This document shows positions 37,391 to 50,611 of a DNA stretch of 64,000 bases, piece by piece; position 1 is the stretch's first letter, and each line of letters begins with the position of its first letter. A model generated the notes under the pieces. That model worked only from the letters and a program-made list of their open reading frames with translations. It had not been told where the DNA came from and made no database searches. The position numbers were made by a program, and so were the translations under genes. Origin of the DNA: Felis catus (taxonomy: Eukaryota); assembly GCF_018350175.1 (NCBI RefSeq), contig NC_058368.1, forward strand, positions 143,346,001-143,410,000, given 5' to 3'.

Positions 37391-37480
37391 GTATGTTTTC
37401 CTATTTTGCATGCCCTTTACATATATATGTTCCTATTTAAAATTTTAAATAATACTTTATAATCTGTTCTATTTCTCTAG

Positions 37481-37572
37481 AAAGCAGACTTTTTTTGGTT
37501 GGGTCCTCTTTAAATGGATTTGGTACTCGGAGCAGTGATGGTGATTTATGCCTAGTTGTTAAAGAGGAACCA
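37481..37572 (+). CDS. TENT2: TENT2 exon 6: (Q)SRLFLVGSSLNGFGTRSSDGDLCLVVKEEP, catalytic motif D213/D215
   Basis: ctctag| ... CCA|gtaagt, 92 nt; pol-beta-type nucleotidyltransferase signature GS-x10-DxD. Confidence 0.97.
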
Positions 37573-37888
37573 GTAAGTGATGAAACATTTATTTCAAGTG
37601 TTAAATTTCATATAAAAATCATTGAAGAAAAAAACTTGTTTTAATTGGTTATTTGGATTTGCTGTTCATAGTAATTCAGGAAAACCCAGGAAATGCTTCT
37701 TTCTCTTTTAAGGCATATGCACACGCACACATAAGCATAACGGGGATTTTAGCATTAATTTATTTTTAAGTTGTTAAAGTGAGATGGCTTCGCTGTGTTT
37801 TTAAAGAGCTCTACCTCTGTTTGCTTGGATTGGATATGTTGCCAAGATGCAACAGACATGAAGAGAATGTGTCAGTATTATCTTGATA

Positions 37889-38364
37889 TAGTAAAACCTT
37901 GGATTGTGAGTAACTTGTTCTGCGAGTGTTCTGCAAGATGAACAAACATTTATTTAAAAAAATTTTTTTTTAATGTTTATTTATTTTTGAGATAGAGACA
38001 CAGCATGAGTGGATGAGGGTAGAGAGAGAGAGGGAGACGCAGAATCCAAAGTGGGCTCCAGACTCTGAGCTGTCAGTACAGAGCCCGACACGAGGCTCAA
38101 ACTCACAAGCTGTGAGATCATGACCTGAGCCAAAGTTGGACACTTAACTGACTGAGCCACCCAGGTGCCCTGATGAACAAACATTTCTAATAAATTTTAA
38201 CTTGATTAACTAGTGAGGTCTTGCAATACTTGTAGTATGCGACACCAAATGTCACGTGATCACAAATGAGCCAATGGTTCTTGAAATTCGCTTTGACATA
38301 CAAGTGCTTTGGATTACAAGCATGTTTTTAGAATGAATTATGTTTGCAAACCAGAGTTTTACTG
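37889..38364. mobile_element. TA-flanked TcMar/Tigger-type MITE (~240 bp) interrupted by a Can-SINE (37952-38171, -)
   Basis: TIRs tagtaaaaccttggattg / caaaccagagttttactg with TA on both sides; SINE TSD GATGAACAAACATTT at 37937-37951 and 38172-38186. Confidence 0.8.
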
Positions 38365-39372
38365 TACTTCCTTTCCATTTAAATTATCAATGATTCTTCT
38401 TTTAATCTTTTCTCCCCCCTTGAAAATGCTACGGGGTTTGGAGTTCTTATTTTGTGAATACAAAAAGGGATTTCACTGACATTTAAAATATTTTTTAAAT
38501 ATTTTGGCTTGTTTCTTTTTATTTTTGTTTAGCAACCAAATTTTGTTATTTAGTATTATGTTTGTTTGAGCTTCCTGTTAACTGATACTCTTGTGTGTCC
38601 TTAATACAACAGTAATCGGTGTTCACTAAGCTGACTTGAGGCAGTCTCTTTAATATGCTGAAGTCTCTTCTGAATTACCCAAGATTAATTTCAGTATAAT
38701 TTTAATGTGCTTTATTATATTCTGCCTTTTTAAAAATACAAAAATACCTACTGAATGGTAATATATATTTTTATTTTATTATTTCACTAATAAAATTGGC
38801 TTATAATTACTGCAAATCAGAAAGAGATTTATTCCAGGAAAGAAACTCTGACACTTTTCTATACTTTGCAATCATATAAAGGAAAAAAAAAAACCCTCAG
38901 AAATAATAAACATAGTGAAGAATACTAGAGTTTTAATTAAATCTCTCATGCAGTTAGACTCTTTTCAGCCATATCACACCAATCCTCCGTCTTGTTCATA
39001 TGTTTGTGTTGTCAGAACTTGTCCTTAAAGCAGCTCACAGTGTAGATAGGGAAATAAAACATGTTACAGAAAGTTAAAATTCTGTTTGTTTTTCTAGGAG
39101 AGGATTACTTTATGTGCATTTTTACTAAAGTAAGAAAATGACATAAGAATTTTGATATTTTTTAAATTTTGCTTTAAGTTTATAATTAGGAATTGATTTA
39201 GGAATGTTGATGTGAAAGCATAAAAGTTGACATTTTCTATAACATAATTTAGTGTATATTGAAAAGTAACTTGAAAGAAAAGTATGCTTTTTCTCTTTGT
39301 TGAGAAACATTAAGAAAATAAAACATTGAATTTAGAAGATAGTGAAAAAACACTTTATTTTTAACTTTTCAG

Positions 39373-39451
39373 TGTTTTTTTCAGGTCAATCAGAAGACTG
39401 AAGCACGGCATATACTCACCCTAGTCCATAAACACTTCTGTACCAGACTTT
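39373..39451 (+). CDS. TENT2: TENT2 exon 7: CFFQVNQKTEARHILTLVHKHFCTRL(S)
   Basis: ttttcag| ... TTT|gtaagt, 79 nt. A second in-frame acceptor would start the exon at 39385. Confidence 0.94.
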
Positions 39452-41167
39452 GTAAGTCTCATATGCCTCAAGTTCATATGTCATCTGACGTAACTATTTA
39501 ATATGTCTTAATATGTCTCTTACTTTGTTTTCTGATAAGAATTGTTTATTTTCTGGTCAGGATAGGCATAATGTGGATCCTTTTTTCCCAAATGAATTTT
39601 TTTTTAACTTGATTAAAAAGAGAACAATTCTTTATTGAGATAATCCCACTACATGCACTGGGGAATTCAAATGTATATAAGCTTCATTTCTTTTTCTCAA
39701 AAGATTATAGGCTGTTAGGGAAGCTACAGCATTAAATGAATAGCTGTAGTGTATAGTTATCTGTGAAAAGCCAAGAGAGTGGTACAGATAAAGTCTTATG
39801 GGTATTCATGTGAGGGAGTGAGAATTTCATCTGTTTCACAGTGACATACAATTTATGACATCACATTTTAAAAATATCACTGAACATGAAGCCCAAGTGA
39901 ATTATTCCAACAGAAAGCAAATTATTGACTTAGGCCACTGTATTATAAGATTTTATTCTTTGAATAATCTGTCTAAGCAGATTTAATCCACATGTGTTAA
40001 GCCATCATAATTTATTTTAAACTTCCACAGAATATTGTAGATTGTTGAAGTCACACTCGCCACGTGATGTTGGAAAGAGATGTGTTCATTTATTCAGCCA
40101 GATAGTACTTATGTGTCAGGCTTTGAACTGGCAAATTCAAAGTCAAGTGACCTGTTACTGCCCATGAGCAAATTATATCTGTTGTTGGGTAGAAATCAAG
40201 TGATTTATTTTAGTGGACTTAAATTTTCACATCTGTAAAATAAAGGAGTAATTCATACCTTAAGTAGATTTTTAATAGCTATTATTAACGTCAAATACTA
40301 AAAATGGAGGGAACCTTAGAGATCATTTAATTCAAAGGTATTTTTGGTTGTTATTTTTCATAGTTAAGGAGAATGGTGATGAGTGGATTCAGTAATTTGC
40401 CTGAGGAGTGTAGTTTGTTTTTTGGTGTCACAACCTGTACCTGGAACTTGAAACTTTTAACTCTTATTTTTCATTAAGCCTCATTGAATTCCTGCCTACA
40501 AATTCTGTTTGAAGCTTGACATATTTTATGATTTTGGTGGTAAAAGCATTATAACGGGAAAATTTTTTAAGTCTGGTATTATGTTTTTCTTTATAACATT
40601 AGGAAACTGCTCCTTTGGGAAGAGTTGGCAGTTTCTTTTTTACATATTTCTGTATTTTCCTAATTTTCTATAATGAACATGTATTATTTTCAAAAAATAT
40701 TTTTGTGCTTAATGGAGTAAAAAATATGTATACATGTATTCTTCCTCTTAGGGATCATATTTATTTAAATGTATCACTATCCCATGTATCATGTTGCAGG
40801 CATTTCCACATTTGAGACTCTTTGTAAATATGATATTTATGGCTGCTATAAGATTCTGCCTTATGCTATAACAGAAATGAGCTATGCTCCTGCCAGCCTA
40901 GATATTTTTCCTGCTTATAATGCTCTGATGAATTTCTTTATAAGTATTATTAGATATTAGACCACATTTCTGAATTTTAATATAAAGCCCTCTAAATGGT
41001 ATTGGAATTTTCATTCTTAGAAGAATTTGATAATGTCCTTCCTTTGCATCTTAAAAGACTGTTTTCATAAACTGTTTTAGCTTAGTAAGAAACCACTTTT
41101 TAAAAATATACATTGGAACACTATGAATTTGAGAAATATTCACAGATATTCATATTTTGTCCTTCAG

Positions 41168-41237
41168 CTGGCTACATAGAGAGACCTCAGTTGATTCGAG
41201 CAAAAGTGCCAATTGTGAAGTTCAGGGATAAAGTCAG
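41168..41237 (+). CDS. TENT2: TENT2 exon 8: (S)GYIERPQLIRAKVPIVKFRDKV(S)
   Basis: ccttcag| ... CAG|gtaagt, 70 nt; AKVPIVK motif of Cid1/GLD2-family enzymes. Confidence 0.97.
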
Positions 41238-41844
41238 GTAAGTAATTATTGAATTTTCCTTTTTCAGTTATTTTAGATCATGTTTACATATTCTTTTGAT
41301 GTAGATAGTTAAGTGTATGCTACAGCATAATAGCTTATCTTCATCAGTTTTTAAAACTTCCTTGATTTGTCTTGGAGATGATTTTTTAGAATAGTCTGAG
41401 CAATTCTTTGTGCTTAACTGTGCTTAGTTATTTTGCTTGGTATTTCGAGTGTTTAAAACTATCCATTTTAAAGAATATATATATTTACATTTCACATTTT
41501 TAAATTATCTCTTGCCTTTTGGAAATGTAATATACTCTTTAGAACATACCTTAATTGATGAGATTTGATGTATGTTTATATCAAGGGAGTTGTTATAAAT
41601 ATAATTATATCTATCTGTACACTCTACCAGCCTGGGTTCTGAATTTCTTATGGGCATTGGGATTGGAATCTTTTATACAGTATCTGAATATAAAATGTAA
41701 ATAGGTGTTGACTGTTCTATTGGTTAAAAAAAATTTGTTCCCTAAAAAAGAGATAAGATTGTGATAAATTAGGTTTTCTAGCCCAGTTTTATAAAATACT
41801 GAAATGGTTTACATAAATGTAAGTGTAAAGTGTAAATATATATA

Positions 41845-42675
41845 CATAAGTGATCCTTATTATTCATGGATTCTTTATTTATGAATTTGCCTACATGATG
41901 ATTTTTATTTTGTAACCCCACAAATTAATATTTCTAGCACTTTCATAGTCATTTGTAGACATTTGCAAAGTGGAGAAAATTCTGAATCACTAACTGAGAT
42001 TAAATAATGTGACATTCTGCCTTCCTGTTTCTTCTCTTATGTATAAACAATTATTCTTTGCAGAGTCCATTTCCATGTTTTTTGTATTTTGTTGCTTTAT
42101 ATAGGTGACTTTGCTCTTTTAAATGGCCCCCAAGCATAGTGCTGAGTTACTATCGTTTCTGTGTACAAAGCTGTGATGTGCCTCATGGAGAAAAAACTTG
42201 TATTTGATATGCTTTGTTCATGCATAAGTTACAGTGTGCTTGGCCATGAGTTCATTATCAGTGAATGGGGTGTCTTTAAATGGAAACACATAAAACAAAG
42301 TTATGTAGGGGCACCTGGGTGGCTCAGTCGTTTAAGTGTCTGAGTTCAGCTCAGGCCATGATCTCGTGGTTTGTGAATTTGAGTCCTGCGTTGGGCTCTG
42401 TGCTGACAGCTCAGAGCCTGGAGCCTGCTTCGGATTCTGTGTGTCTCTCTCTCTCTCTCTCTCTGTCCCTCCCCAGCTCGTGCTCTGTCTCTCTCTGTCT
42501 GTCAAAAATAAATAAACATTAAAAAAATATTAAAAAAACAAACAAAACAAAGTTATGTATTAATCAATTGATGAAAATGTTTTGACTGAAAGCTTGTGTG
42601 GGAACCTAACCCTTTGTTTCCACTGTTTTCATTGACTTTATAGAAAATAAATACTGCAAATGATTAGAATTGACT
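41845..42675 (+). mobile_element. MER82-like Tigger element interrupted by a Can-SINE (~42308-42544, +)
   Basis: gatccttattattcatggattc...aaatggcccccaagcatagtgctga...gctgtgatgtgcctcatggagaaa; SINE TSD AAAACAAAGTTATGTA. Confidence 0.75.
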
Positions 42676-42799
42676 AAATATATATATTTTAAACAAATCC
42701 TTAGATATATGCCTGGTTCAAACCTTCTCCTCCATTCATTTAAATATCTGTCCAATCTATAAGTATTTGAATGTTTTTCAAATAACTAATGGTAGTTTT

Positions 42800-43019
42800 T
42801 AAAAAAAAATTTTTTTTGATGTTTATTTATTTTTGAAGGAGAGAGAGACAGAGTGTGAGTCAGGGAGGGGCAGAGAGAGGGAGACACAGAATCTGAAGGA
42901 GGCTCCAGGGTCAGCTGTCAACACTGAGCCCGACGACACGTGGCTCAAACTCAGAAACCGCGAGATCATGACTTCTGCTGAAGTCAGACACTTAACCGAC
43001 TGAGCCACCCAGGCGCCCC
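42800..43019 (-). mobile_element. Can-SINE
   Basis: Flanked by AATGGTAG duplication. Confidence 0.9.
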
Positions 43020-43115
43020 AATGGTAGAGTTTTCTAAAACACTTTATGGGAGATAAACTAAACACAAATAAAATTATTAGCTTATTGTAATTATTTTTTA
43101 AAATACATGGTTGTG

Positions 43116-43328
43116 GGGCCCCTGGGTGGCTCAGTCCATTAAGCATCTGACTCTTGATTTTAGCTCAGGATTATCTCACGGTTCATGAGTTTGAGCCCTG
43201 CATTGGGCTCTGTGCTAACAGTGAGAAGCCTGCTTTGGATTCTTTCCCTCTCCCTCTCTGTCCCTCCCCAACTTGTACCCCTACCTCCTCTCTCAAAACA
43301 AATAAATAAACAACAACAACAAAAAAAG
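43116..43328 (+). mobile_element. Can-SINE
   Basis: TSD AAAA(TA/CC)CATGGTTGT. Confidence 0.88.
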
Positions 43329-43344
43329 TAAAACCCATGGTTGT

Positions 43345-46300
43345 ATTTTTTTTTATGTTTAAAATTTTAATTACAGTGTTTTTAACATTCGGTTATATTA
43401 CTTTCAGGTATACAATATAGTGATTCAACAATTCTATACATTACTCAGTGCTCATCATAATAAGTATAGTCTTTAATCCCCATCACCTATTTCAATCATC
43501 CCCCTACGTATCTCCTCTCTGGTAACCATCTGTTTGTTCTCTATAGTTAAGAGTCTGTTTTTTGGTTTATCTCTCTCTTTTTTTTTTCTCTTTGTTTATT
43601 TATATATTTTTAAATTCCACATTAGTGAAATCATACGGTATTTGTCTTTCTCTGACTGACTTAATTCACTTAGCATTATACTCTAGCGCTATCCATGTTG
43701 TTGCAAATGGTAAGATTTCATTCATTTTTATGGAAGAATAATATTCCACTTGTGTGTGTGTGTGCATATGTTTATATATATCACATCTTTCTCCATTGAT
43801 GGACATTTATTTGTGTATCTTTGTCTTTGATGGATATTTGGGCTGCTTCCATAACTTGCCTATTGTAAATAATGCTGCAGTTATCATAGAGGTGCATATT
43901 TCCTTTCAAATTAGTGTTTTTGTGTGATTTGGGTAAATGTGCAGTAGTGCAATGACTGGATTATATGTTAATCCTATTTTTATTTTTTGAAGAATGTTTA
44001 TACTGTTTTCCACAGTGACTACACTAGTTTGCATTCCTACTAGCAGGACACAAGAGGTTTTTTTTTCCTCCACATCCTTGCCAACACTTATTATTTCTTG
44101 TTTTTTATTTTAGCTGTTCTGACTGGTGTGGTTTTGATTTGCATTTCCCTGAAGATGAGTGATACTGAGCATCTTTGTCTACACATGTAGAAAAATGTTG
44201 CTTTGCCAAATTTCTGAGAAATTACTGCCTGTGCTCTCTTCTAGGATTTTTATGGTTTCAGGTCTCACGTTTAGGTCTTTAATCCATTTTGAGTTTATTT
44301 TTGTATATGGGTTAAAAAAGAGGTCCAGTTTCATTCTTTTGCATGTAGCTGTTCAGTTTTCCCACTACCATTTGTTGAAGAGACTGTCTTTATTTCGTTG
44401 CATATTCTTGCCTCTTTTGTTGAAGTTCAGTTGACCATATAATCCTGGGTTTGTTTCTGGGCACTCAGTCCTATTCCATTGATGTATGTGTGTATTTTGT
44501 GGCAGTACCATACTGTATTGGTAACTACAGCTTCGTAGTGTAACTTGCAATCTGGAATTATGATACCTCCAGCTTTGTTTTTCTTTTTTGAGAATGTTTT
44601 GGCTATTTGAGGGGTTTTTGTAGTTTTATACAGATTTTAGGATTATTTTTTCTAGTTCTGTGAAAAATGCTGTTGTTTTTGTTTTGTTTTTTAGTTTATT
44701 TTGACAGAGAGAGAGAGGGCCAAAGAGAGAGAGAGAGAGAGAGGGAGAGAATCCCAAGCAGCCTCCATCCCACAAACTGTGAGATCATGACCTGAGCTGA
44801 AATCAAGAGTTGGACAGTCAGCCGACTGAGCCACCCAGGCACCCCACTGATTATACTTTGATAGGGATTTCATTAAATCTGTAGATAGATTGTTTTCGGT
44901 AGTGTGAACATTTTAAAAATATTTGTTCTTCTAGTCCATGAGCATGGAATGTCTTTACATTTGTCTGTGTTGTCTTCAATTTCTTTCATCATGTTTTATA
45001 GTTTTTAGAGTACAGGTTTTTGAACTCTTTGGTTAAGTTTATTCCTAAGCATTTTTTCTTTTTGGTGCCATTGTAAATGTGATTGCTTTTTAAATTTCTT
45101 CCTATTGCTTCATTATTAGTGAATAGAAATACAGTGGATTTCTGTGTATTGATTTTGTATCCTGCAACCTTACTGAATTCATTTATCAGCTCCAGTAGTT
45201 TTTTTTTTTTTTTTTTTAATTTTTTTTTTTTTCAACGTTTATTTATTTTTGGGACAGAGAGAGACAGAGCATGAACGGGGGAGGGGCAGAGAGAGAGGGA
45301 GACACAGAATCGGAAACAGGCTCCAGGCTCCGAGCCATCAGCCCAGAGCCCGACGCGGGGCTCGAACTCACGGACCGAGAGATCGTGACCTGGCTGAAGT
45401 CGGACGCTTAACCGACTGCGCCACCCAGGCGCCCCAGCTCCAGTAGTTTTTTGATGGAGTCTTTAGTGTTTTCTCTATATAGTATCATGTCATCTACATA
45501 AAAATAATGAAAGTTTTACTTTTTCCTTACCAATTTGGATGCCTCTTATTCCTTTTTCTTGTCTGACTGGTGTAGCTTTGGCTTCCTATACTATGTTGAA
45601 TGAAAGTGGTGAGAGTGGGGGCGCCTGGGTGGCTCAGTTGGTTAAGCGTTCGACTTTGGCTCAGGTCATGATCTTGTGGCTCGTGAGTTCAAGCCTTGTG
45701 TTGGACTCTGTGCTGACATGTCAGAGCCTGGAGTCTGCTTTGGATTCTGTGTCTCCCTCTCTCTCTGCCCCTCCCCTGCTTGTGCTCTGTCTCTCTCAAT
45801 CTCAAAAATAAATAATAAAACATTAAAAAAAAAAGAGGTGGTGAGAGTGGACATCTTTGTTTTGTTCCTGATCTTAGGGGGAAAGCTCTCAGTTTTTCAC
45901 GATGCTCAGCCGAGTCACTAGGCACCCCCTTTTCTGCATCTATTGAAATGATCATATGGCTTTTATTCTTAATGTTACGGATGTGATATATCATGTTGAT
46001 TGATACGCAAATATTGGACCCCACCCTTGCATCCCAGGAATAATCTCACTTGATCCGTGGTGAATGATTTTTTTTTTTTAATGTATTACTGGATTCAGCT
46101 TGCTAATATTTTGTTGAGGATTTTTACATCTATGTTCATCAGAGATACTGGACTATAGTTCTCTTTTTTGTAGTGTCTTTATGTGGTTTTACTATGAGGG
46201 TACAATGCAAGTCTCATAGAATGAATTTGGAAGCCTTCCCTCTCTTCTATTTTTGGAATAGTTTGAGAAAAATAGTTATTAACTCTTCTTTGAGTGTTTG

Positions 46301-47410
46301 GTAGAATTTGCCTGTGAAGCCTTCTGGTACTGGACTTTACTTGTTGGGAGTTTTTTGATTACTGATTCAATTTCATTGCTTGTAATGGGTCTATTCAAAT
46401 TTTCTATTTCTTGATTCAATTTTGGGAGGTTATATGTTGCTGGGAATTTATCCATTTCTTTTAGGTTTTCCAATTTGTTGGCGTATAATTTTTCATAATA
46501 TTCTCATACGATCCTTTGTAATATTTCTATGGTGTTGGTTGTTATTTCTCTTCTTTCATTTGGTGATTTTGTTTATTTGAATACTCTCTGTTTCTCCCTC
46601 TTTTTTTTCTTTCTTTGAATGACACTAGCTAACGGTTCATCACTTTGTTGATCTTTTAAAAGAACCAGCTCCTGGTTTCACTGATCTGTTCTGTACTTTT
46701 TTTAGTTTTTATTTCGTTTATTACTGTTCTAATCTATATTATTTCCTTTCTTCTATTGGTTTTGGGTTTTGCTTGTTCTTCTTTTTGTAACTCTTTTATG
46801 TATAAAGTTAGGTTGTTTGAGATTTTTCTTCTTGAGGTAGGCCCATGTTGCTCTAAACTTTGCCCTTGCAATCACTTTTGCTGCTTCCCAAAGATTTTTG
46901 GTCATTGTGTTTTCATTTTCATTTGTCTCTGTATTTTTTTTGATTTCCTCTTTGATTTCTTGGTTGATCCATTCATTGTTTTAGTAGCATGTTGTTTAAC
47001 TTACATGTATTTGTGCTATTTCCAGATTTTTTCTTGTGGTTAATTTCTAGCTTCATAGCATTATGGTCAGAAATGATGCATGGAATGACTTCCATCTTTT
47101 TAAATTTGTCGAGACTTGTTTTGTGGCCTACTGTGTGATCTCTTCCGGAGAATGTTCGATGTGTACTTGAAACAAATGTGTATTCTGGTATTTTAGGATG
47201 GAATGTTCTGAATATATCTGTTAAATCCATCTGGTCCAAATGTGTCCGTCAAAGCCACTGTTTCCTTGTTGATTTTCTATTTGAATGATCTGTCCATTGA
47301 TATAAGTGGGGTGTTAAAGTCCTCTACTTTTATTGTATTGCTATTGATTATTTCCTTTATGTTTGTTATTAACTGCTTTAAATATTTGGGTGCTCCTGTG
47401 TTGGGCGCAT
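43345..47410 (-). mobile_element. Carnivore L1 (3' UTR to the ORF2 endonuclease), degenerate, with three nested SINEs (~44675-44846 -, 45205-45435 -, 45617-45835 +)
   Basis: ORF2 peptides in the ORF track: [77 protein letters not shown]. Confidence 0.93.
45205..45435 (-). mobile_element. Young feline Can-SINE
   Basis: Nearly identical to 13688-13914; TSD AGCTCCAGTAGTTTTTT at 45188-45204 and 45436-45452. Confidence 0.95.
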
Positions 47411-48919
47411 TTTTTTTTCCTATTTAAGATTATACAAACTTTTTTTCATTGTTAAATGTTCTTCATAAACACCATTTTATATTTCTTCTCTATACAGACC
47501 ATTAAAAAAAATGGCTTCTAATATCCAAAGATAACCAGTGTTAACATTTTGGTGTAAAACTTTCAGTCCCTCTTCTATGCATGTGAATGAATAAGAGTTT
47601 TTAAAATTAAAATTGAGATTATACTTTTTTACCTGACCATGTATATCTTGGATATTTGCTTATATCAGTGAATTTTTTTCTGGCTTGATTTTTAATGGCT
47701 TTACAGTAGTTTTTCATTCAATGAATATATTGTGATTAACTTAGTTATTCCCCTGTTAGAATAAGCATTTTGTACATTTAATTTTTTCCATATAAAGGAT
47801 TAGTTTAATATTTCCAGAAGTAAAATCTGAAACAAATACTGTGGATATTTTTAAAGCGCTGAATCATATTTTTGGAAAAGTTTTTAACTGCAAACTGGTT
47901 GTTGCCTGTTTCTTCCTCTCTGTTGAGGTATATAGAGGAAATGCACAGTGGTTTTAGTGTTAGCCTTGCACAGACGCAGTTAAAGAATGTAACTCTCTTG
48001 CTGCCATAAGTTTGCCAAAGGCAAATATATATATCTGAAGTGTTGATACTACTATCCATTTTTGTCAATATGCATGGTTAATTGAAAGATTATAAGATTT
48101 CCTTTCCCTAAAAAAGGAAATCTGCATTGGTAAATTTCAAATTTTATAATTAAAAGTTTATAAAAAGGAATTTTGTTAAGTTTTTATATTAGGCAGTCTT
48201 TTCATAGAAAAACTCAGTGTGCAGAAGTTGTTGGACCTAATAGTATATTTACATTAATCCTTTCTTTTATTTTGAGTTTTGCCATTCTTTGTAGATCCCT
48301 TCATTATTGCCCTATTTTTTAAATTGTGAATTGCACCATATCTTTGCTTTCAAAGACGTATCCCTATTGTCCTTCCAGATTATCAGTAGCTCACTTTGGT
48401 ATAATATAATTTATATGTTATTTATATCTTATCCTTTTTGGAGGGAATATAATGTACAGACTACTTTTATTTTTTTTCACCTGTTCTTTATTTGGCTTTT
48501 TATTCCTATTGTTTTAAAGCAAATACTGCTTTACTTCCAAATTAGTTGAGAATATATAACTCAGTGAAATAACTTGACCAGAAATGTTTTTGGTCATATA
48601 ATTTTGTTTACCTGGAATGGATTGCAAAATTTTATGATTTGTTTTATTAAGGATAATTAAAGCCGTAGAAGTACATTATGGATCTTACAACTGTTATCCT
48701 GTTTAATATTTTTAATATACAGTAAATCATATTAAAATAATATACTGACTATATCTTTATTCTTATTGCTAAGTTAGTGCCTCATTTTAAAGTATTTGGT
48801 CTTTGGGATCATGCTATTTTTACATCATAGGGTAGATGAATATTGACTTAGTTATTAGGGAGTTAGTTTAATTTGTTCAAAAACACTTGAGGTAAAGTAT
48901 TTTTCTCTGTTTTTAATAG

Positions 48920-48996
48920 TTGTGTGGAATTCGACTTGAATGTAAACAATATTGTTGGAATAAGAAACACATTCCTCCTCAGAACTTACGCATACC
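48920..48996 (+). CDS. TENT2: TENT2 exon 9: (S)CVEFDLNVNNIVGIRNTFLLRTYAY(L), third catalytic Asp D279
   Basis: aatag| ... ACC|gtaagt, 77 nt. Confidence 0.96.
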
Positions 48997-49372
48997 GTAA
49001 GTTTTTTGTTTATTTCCAAATAATTATAGCTTCTCTCTTTATCCTTTATTCCTTTTTAAATATGTTTATAATAAACACTGACATCTTTTTAATTATTTTA
49101 ATGTGTAGTGTCTCATTTTATTATATGTATAATATGTTGTACACTAAAATTATATGCTACCAGAGTTACAGGTCAATAAAATGAATTTTAGTAATTGGTA
49201 ATTTTTAAAAGGTGACTAAGATACCTTTTAAAAGTAAGACACCTTTATGGTGAACACAATGTTTAATACACAGGGAGAAAATGCTTTTTCTTTTGGAGTT
49301 GGGAAATGATACAAACTTACAGAGAAACCGTAATATTTTCTTACCATTTTTAAGTTTTCATTTTACTTTCAG

Positions 49373-49501
49373 TTGAAAATCGAGTTCGTCCGTTAGTACT
49401 GGTGATTAAGAAGTGGGCAAGTCACCATGAGATAAATGATGCCAGTCGTGGTACTTTAAGCAGCTATAGTCTTGTATTGATGGTTTTGCACTATTTACAA
49501 A
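49373..49501 (+). CDS. TENT2: TENT2 exon 10: (L)ENRVRPLVLVIKKWASHHEINDASRGTLSSYSLVLMVLHYLQ(T)
   Basis: ctttcag| ... AAA|gtaagt, 129 nt; KKWA...IND...GTLSSY motif of ncPAP/TUTases. Confidence 0.97.
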
Positions 49502-50611
49502 GTAAGTATTATGGGTTTTTCCCAATTTTTAAAATGGAAACACAGTTAAACTTCATTATGGTGTCTTTTCTGTTGACACTGTCTTCAAACAGTATTGTTT
49601 TAAAAAGTTCTTTCTAAGGCCCATATAGCCATATTTTTCTAATTTGTTGCTTTGAACAAATGTTTTAGAAATGTTATTCCCCAGAAAACATTATAAGGAA
49701 GTTTCGCTGTGTTTTGTTTTGTTTTGTTTTTTGACAGTTTTTCCATATTACTCTTTTGTATTCAAAGAACTTTTACCGCTATATTGTGGATCCATTATCT
49801 TGAGGCACATGGATGTCCAGAAGCCCTATAAAAATAAGCTCAAGCACCATTCATCATGTTTTTTATTTTTCACTTGAGACAGGAATTAAAGGATTTTCTT
49901 TTTGGATAAAGAAGTTTTTATTCCTTGTGAGTTGGCATGGAGTTTGGGTGAAAGAAATAATAGAAGATTGGAAATAATCTAAGTTTTTAAGAATAGAGGA
50001 ATGATTGAATTAATTATAATATTTTCAGCTGCTAAGAATATGTTTTTAGGATATTTAATGGTAAAAAAAATATCCATGATATGGTATCATATACAACATG
50101 GGATCAATTTTATTTTAAAAATTGTATCTGTATTTGAGTTTGTGTATGTATTCATATGTATATAAATATTGAAAAGTTATGTGCCAGAAATATATCAGGG
50201 GTTATTTAGATTTTGTCAAATGTACATTTTAAATTACAACTAAAACTAAAAAGTGAATAGACACTGGTTGTGATTTAGAAATGAGATTTGACTACAGTAT
50301 TGAACATGTATGAACAGCTATAATATGTGCTCTTTCTCTCCATTTTTGTGGGTTACATTAGATACTTTACTTTGATTGCCTTCTTTAGAAAAATGGACTT
50401 TTATCACACATGTACTGAGGCAGTTTGGTAAGCAAGTTGAAAGTTCAGAAATTTTTTACCACTGTTCAAAAATCATGTTAAAATTCTGTTTACATTTTGT
50501 TAAACCTGTTTTGTTTTTGACAAAGTCCTCTTCACTAAGATGATTTGTAATTAATGGCACTATCATCACTGTTTCTAGGTCTTTGTTAAAGTACATCCAC
50601 TAAACTGTATT

